A DNA stretch of 28,937 nt from a virus. Lineage: Duplodnaviria > Caudoviricetes. The stretch is taken from positions 1 through 28,937 of IMG/VR virus record IMGVR_UViG_3300049135_000018. One strand, 5' to 3'. The position numbers were made by a program, and so were the translations under genes. Positions 25,485 to 28,937 of the stretch are shown here, one piece after another (position 1 is the stretch's first letter; each line of letters opens with the position of its first letter). Below the pieces are notes generated by a model. It had not been told where the DNA came from and made no database searches. It worked only from the letters and a program-made list of their open reading frames with translations.

Positions 25485-26884
25485 GCCGCCACCCCTGCCC
25501 GCTGCTGGCGTTCCTGCATCTGGTGCCAGACCCACCCATTCTTGTATCCGCGAGCCTTGGCGATCTCTGCCAGCTCGGCCCGGCTCTGCGCCTTCGCCAG
25601 CAGCGCCTTCAGCGGCGCGGCCCGCAGCGCGGCCAGGCGCTCGCCATCCACCTCGGACAGCGCCCCATCGACCGCCTCGATCTCGCGCGCCTGGATCTGG
25701 TACTCGTGACCGCATTCGGGGCAGGTCGGCGCCGGCGCGTGGACGGAGAAGCACTCCGGGCACTGCCGCGCCGGGTCCACCTTCTCCCTGTCGCGCTTCT
25801 TCTTGCCTGCGAGGCTCCATTGCCGATCCGCGTCCGGCATGCCGTGCGTCAGGGTGTTCGCCGCGTGGTCCAGCACGACCAGGTGCGTCTTGCCAGGCGC
25901 TGGCCGCAGCCCCCGCCCGACCTGCTGCAGATAGAGGCCGAGGGATTTCGTGGGCCGCAGCAGGATGACGGCGCCGACGGCCGGCACATCCAACCCTTCG
26001 CTGATCAGGTCGCAGCTGCACAGCACCTGCACGGCACCGGTGGCGAGGCCGCCGATGGCCGAATCGCGGGCCGCGGCTTCAGTGGCGCCGCTGGCGGCGA
26101 CGGCACGCCAGCCGGCATCGCGGAATGCCTGGGCGGTTGCCTCGGCATGGGCGACGGATGGGGAGAACACGATGGCCGGGAGTCCGGCGGCATGGCGTCC
26201 GTAGTGTTCGACCGCGTTACCGACGATTTTCGGTGTGGCCATGGCGTCGGCCAGCGCACCGGCCTCATAGTCGCCGCCGCGGGTCCGAACGCCGGACAGA
26301 TCGGGCGCCTCAGCCGGGGCAAAGACCTTGGCTGGCGTGAGGAATCCGCCGCCGATCAGTTCCGCCACGGTCGGGCCCACCACCATGGCATCGAACGGTC
26401 CGCCCGCCTCGACCCCCAACCCGAGGCCATCCATGCGCTGCGGCGTGGCGGTGACGCCGAGCAGCCGGGCGTTCGGATAGGCGGCGCATACCGTCGCCCA
26501 CTGGCCGGCAACGGCGTGGTGCGCCTCGTCGATCACGATCAAGTCCGGCGCCGGATAGCGCGGATCACTGATCCGGCGGCCGAGCGTCTGCACGCTGGCG
26601 ACCTGGCATGCGTCCCGCGTCGGGGTGTGGCCGGGGGCGATGATGCCATGCTGCACGCCAGCGTCGGCCAGTTTGGCACTGGCCTGGCGGACCAGCTCGC
26701 GGCGGTGCGCCAGGATAAGCACCCGCTTGCCCCGTTCGGCCGCGGCTGCGGCAACGTGGCTGAAAACGATCGTCTTGCCGCCGCCAGTCGGCAGCACCAG
26801 TAGGGGGGCGCGAGCGCTGGAGCGATAGGCATCGCGCACCGCCTCAACGGCACGAGCCTGATAGTCGCGCAGCGCGACCGTCAT
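25481..26884 (-). CDS. SF2 DEAD/DEAH-box helicase with C-terminal Zn ribbon
   Basis: LRDYQ, PTGGGKT, DEAHH, TATP, QQVGRGLR, CPEC...CPECG. Confidence 0.96.
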   Translation of the reverse strand: MTVALRDYQARAVEAVRDAYRSSARAPLLVLPTGGGKTIVFSHVAAAAAERGKRVLILAHRRELVRQASAKLADAGVQHGIIAPGHTPTRDACQVASVQTLGRRISDPRYPAPDLIVIDEAHHAVAGQWATVCAAYPNARLLGVTATPQRMDGLGLGVEAGGPFDAMVVGPTVAELIGGGFLTPAKVFAPAEAPDLSGVRTRGGDYEAGALADAMATPKIVGNAVEHYGRHAAGLPAIVFSPSVAHAEATAQAFRDAGWRAVAASGATEAAARDSAIGGLATGAVQVLCSCDLISEGLDVPAVGAVILLRPTKSLGLYLQQVGRGLRPAPGKTHLVVLDHAANTLTHGMPDADRQWSLAGKKKRDREKVDPARQCPECFSVHAPAPTCPECGHEYQIQAREIEAVDGALSEVDGERLAALRAAPLKALLAKAQSRAELAEIAKARGYKNGWVWHQMQERQQRAGVAA

Positions 26885-27123
26885 GCCGGACCCTCGATCT
26901 CGAACGTCACCGCCGCCAGCAGCCGTCCATGCACCTGCACCAGCGTCGCCCGCGGCAGCACATCACCCAACGGCATCCACCCGCGCTTGGCTCCGGCCCA
27001 CACCTCCACGCCAGCTGCGAGGCCTTCTATCTCCGAGCCGTCCTGGCGGCGCAGCAGGCCGGAGAGCGTGCCGGGCTCTGGTGCCGGTTCCAGCGGGGCG
27101 AGAAGGTCGAGGCAATCTGTCAC
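26881..27123 (-). CDS. Hypothetical protein
   Basis: GTGA and ATGA coupling with its neighbours. Confidence 0.55.
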   Translation of the reverse strand: MTDCLDLLAPLEPAPEPGTLSGLLRRQDGSEIEGLAAGVEVWAGAKRGWMPLGDVLPRATLVQVHGRLLAAVTFEIEGPA

Positions 27124-27521
27124 GACGTGCACCTGGCGCACCGCCGTACCGTCCGCGACGGCGCCCGGAACCGCGCCTCACACCTGCTGCACGTCCGCCA
27201 TGGCCGCGGCCCCGCGCACGGCTCGCACAGCGCCTGGCCCGCGCCAGCCGGCACGAAGTCATCGCCGCAGGCGCACTGCGCGACGGCGCGGCCGGTCATC
27301 TGGATGTGCGCTGCCGCCCGAAAAGGCGCGGCCGAGGCCGAAGCCCCGGCCGCCAAGTTTTGGGAGGAAACACCATGACCGGCGGCCGTCTCGGCGCACG
27401 GCAAGCCGCCGCCTCCCTGGACCGCAACAGGGAGAAGCGCGGCGGGGCGGTTGTCAGACCGGAGGGGCCCCGCCGCAGCGCCGGCCGGAGCCGGGCGCGT
27501 CTGTGTGTGGGTGGCGCTCAT
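27120..27521 (-). CDS. Hypothetical protein with Cys-rich (Zn-finger-like) C-terminus
   Basis: CAC...CEPC...CSRC...CARC. Confidence 0.5.
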   Translation of the reverse strand: MSATHTQTRPAPAGAAAGPLRSDNRPAALLPVAVQGGGGLPCAETAAGHGVSSQNLAAGASASAAPFRAAAHIQMTGRAVAQCACGDDFVPAGAGQALCEPCAGPRPWRTCSRCEARFRAPSRTVRRCARCTS

Positions 27522-27649
27522 TGGCGCCTCCCGAAATTGGTTCCGTCCATCTCGCGGATCTCAAGCCACATCGCGCGGATCACGAGGCAGAGGCAGGCGA
27601 CGATGCTGGCCAGCACCACGACGGCGGCGGACAGCGCGGCGGTCATCAT
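27518..27649 (-). CDS. Small membrane protein
   Basis: MMTAALSAAVVVLASIVACLCLVIRAMW; ATGA overlaps at both ends. Confidence 0.5.
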   Translation of the reverse strand: MMTAALSAAVVVLASIVACLCLVIRAMWLEIREMDGTNFGRRQ

Positions 27650-27834
27650 GCGTCGGGCGCCCGCTTGAGCGCCGCCAGCCAATGGCGATTGGCGCGACGC
27701 TCGATAGCTGCATCGAGGGCCATCCCCTTGGCCCATGCGGCGCGGAGACGCTTTTGCCTCCTATGCACCATCCGCAGCACCGCAAACCAGAACTGCGCCA
27801 TGGCTCGATGCCATGCCAGCTTGAGATATGCCAA
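27646..27834 (-). CDS. Small basic hypothetical protein
   Basis: 62 aa; overlaps the upstream gene and is coupled to the downstream gene. Confidence 0.4.
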   Translation of the reverse strand: MAYLKLAWHRAMAQFWFAVLRMVHRRQKRLRAAWAKGMALDAAIERRANRHWLAALKRAPDA

Positions 27835-28147
27835 GTTTCGCTCTCCAGATGGCGGCGCGGTGTGCCGCGCGGCGTTCCTCGCGCTCCATGGCTGTGAGCA
27901 GGGCCATGCGAAGCGCCTCGATTTCGTGGGCGGCCACCGTGATGGGCTCGCCGAGGTGATGCGACCGGACGCGGCGAGGCGTCAGGCCGGTGTCACGGGC
28001 AACGGCATCGAGCGCCGCTGCCATTTTGCCGCCATGCGTACGGATCAGTTCGCGCGCGATTTCGTGCGCTTCCTGCCGCAGACCAGCAGCGCGTTTGGAC
28101 CAATCAGCCAGCATTTTGTAGCTCTCCATCGTTACTGTTCGGGTCAT
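27761..28147 (-). CDS. Putative HTH DNA-binding early regulator
   Basis: KMAAALDAVARDTGLTPRRVRSHHLGE HTH-like segment; start uncertain (28147 or 28129). Confidence 0.6.
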   Translation of the reverse strand: MTRTVTMESYKMLADWSKRAAGLRQEAHEIARELIRTHGGKMAAALDAVARDTGLTPRRVRSHHLGEPITVAAHEIEALRMALLTAMEREERRAAHRAAIWRAKLGISQAGMASSHGAVLVCGAADGA

Positions 28148-28403
28148 GGCGAGTGACCTGAACAACGGAGACGGCGGCGAGAGCGGGGGACGGCAATCCC
28201 CTGCTGTTCGCATTGGTGCGACGAGTCGCGGTGCTGAGATGCGCCTCGCATGGGCCTGCGTTGCCGCGGGCGCGCTGGTCGCTGGGACGCTGCTGGCGCT
28301 GGCGTGGTGAGCGCATCAGGCGGCCCTCACCGGCTCGGAATCATTGCGACCCCCCGCCGGCTCGGCCACCATGGGGATTGCGACACCACCCAGGGAGAAC
28401 CTC

Positions 28404-28631
28404 ATGTTCAAGGACGAAGCCGCCATTCTGCAGGCCGCCGCCACACTGGCCGCAGCCCAGCACACGGCCTCTGCCATCCGCGAATCTGCCTCTACCAGCG
28501 CCTTCGGGCGCGCATTCGCACAACCCACGCCAGTAGACCGGTTGGTAAAAATCCTACGCGAGATGGAGAGCGGCGGCCTCATTTTGGCTGGCCTTGCGCC
28601 ACCGGAGCCGGAGACGCCGCCGTCGCCGTAG
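28404..28631 (+). CDS. Small hypothetical protein (counter-oriented)
   Basis: GGGAG RBS then MFKDEAAILQAAATLAAA...; convergent overlap with the next gene. Confidence 0.5.
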   Translation: MFKDEAAILQAAATLAAAQHTASAIRESASTSAFGRAFAQPTPVDRLVKILREMESGGLILAGLAPPEPETPPSP

Positions 28632-28902
28632 GCCCACCTTCCAGGTATCGGCAGAGAGCTTCGGCGGAGGAAAGCAGGTCCAGCATTTCGGGGCCGTCTT
28701 CGCTGCCCACACCGAGCAGGCCGAGCGCCTCAATGCGGCGCTCCGCCGCGGCAGGCGACGGAGCGGCCAGAACAAATTCGCTGAGCGACTCGGTCTCAAC
28801 GATGGCTGTTGCCGCGTCTGCGCGAATTCCGCGCAGCTTGAGCATATTCATGCGCGCCTCGGGCAACGAAACGGACAAAGACCAATCTGCGCTGTCAGAC
28901 AT
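28579..28902 (-). CDS. Hypothetical protein
   Basis: 107 aa ORF co-oriented with the early operon. Confidence 0.45.
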   Translation of the reverse strand: MSDSADWSLSVSLPEARMNMLKLRGIRADAATAIVETESLSEFVLAAPSPAAAERRIEALGLLGVGSEDGPEMLDLLSSAEALCRYLEGGPTATAASPAPVAQGQPK

Positions 28903-28937
28903 TGTGAAAGCCCTCGGGATGTGGCTGGCAGGGCGGC

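Larger units (their letters stand above)
1..28937 (-). mobile_element. HK97-like siphovirus prophage/phage segment (extends beyond both window edges)
   Basis: Co-oriented, canonically ordered replication, packaging, head and tail genes across the whole window; no housekeeping genes. Confidence 0.95.

Noticed and set aside
25485-26021. Long N-terminal extension of the VRR-NUC ORF
   Set aside because: It overlaps the helicase in another frame; the true start is MSEA at 25484.

Overview
A roughly 29 kb, GC-rich segment of a temperate HK97-like siphovirus/prophage, probably from an alphaproteobacterial host (inferred from gene content). Nearly all genes are on the minus strand. From right to left: early/regulatory ORFs, SF2 helicase, VRR-NUC nuclease, split primase/helicase with an adjacent iteron-like origin, putative late regulator, HNH, TerS, TerL, portal, ClpP, capsid, head-tail genes, tail tube, frameshifted tail chaperones, tape measure and tail-tip genes. 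An accessory cassette (about 5350-8376) is inserted in the tail-tip module. It holds divergent Arc-family repressors, a BRO antirepressor, an HNH protein, a stand-alone RAMP/Cas7-like protein and a lipoprotein. Directly after the Cas7-like gene is a non-coding array of phased GGY-NN pentamers closed by a GNRA hairpin. Read as a gapped code (two bases matched, one skipped), the NN dinucleotides match codon positions 1-2 of a stretch of this phage's own tail-tip gene (about 4237-4272). This points to a compact RNA-guided DNA-recognition system. No integrase, CI repressor or endolysin is visible in the window. All family assignments come from motif recognition and synteny, not database searches.
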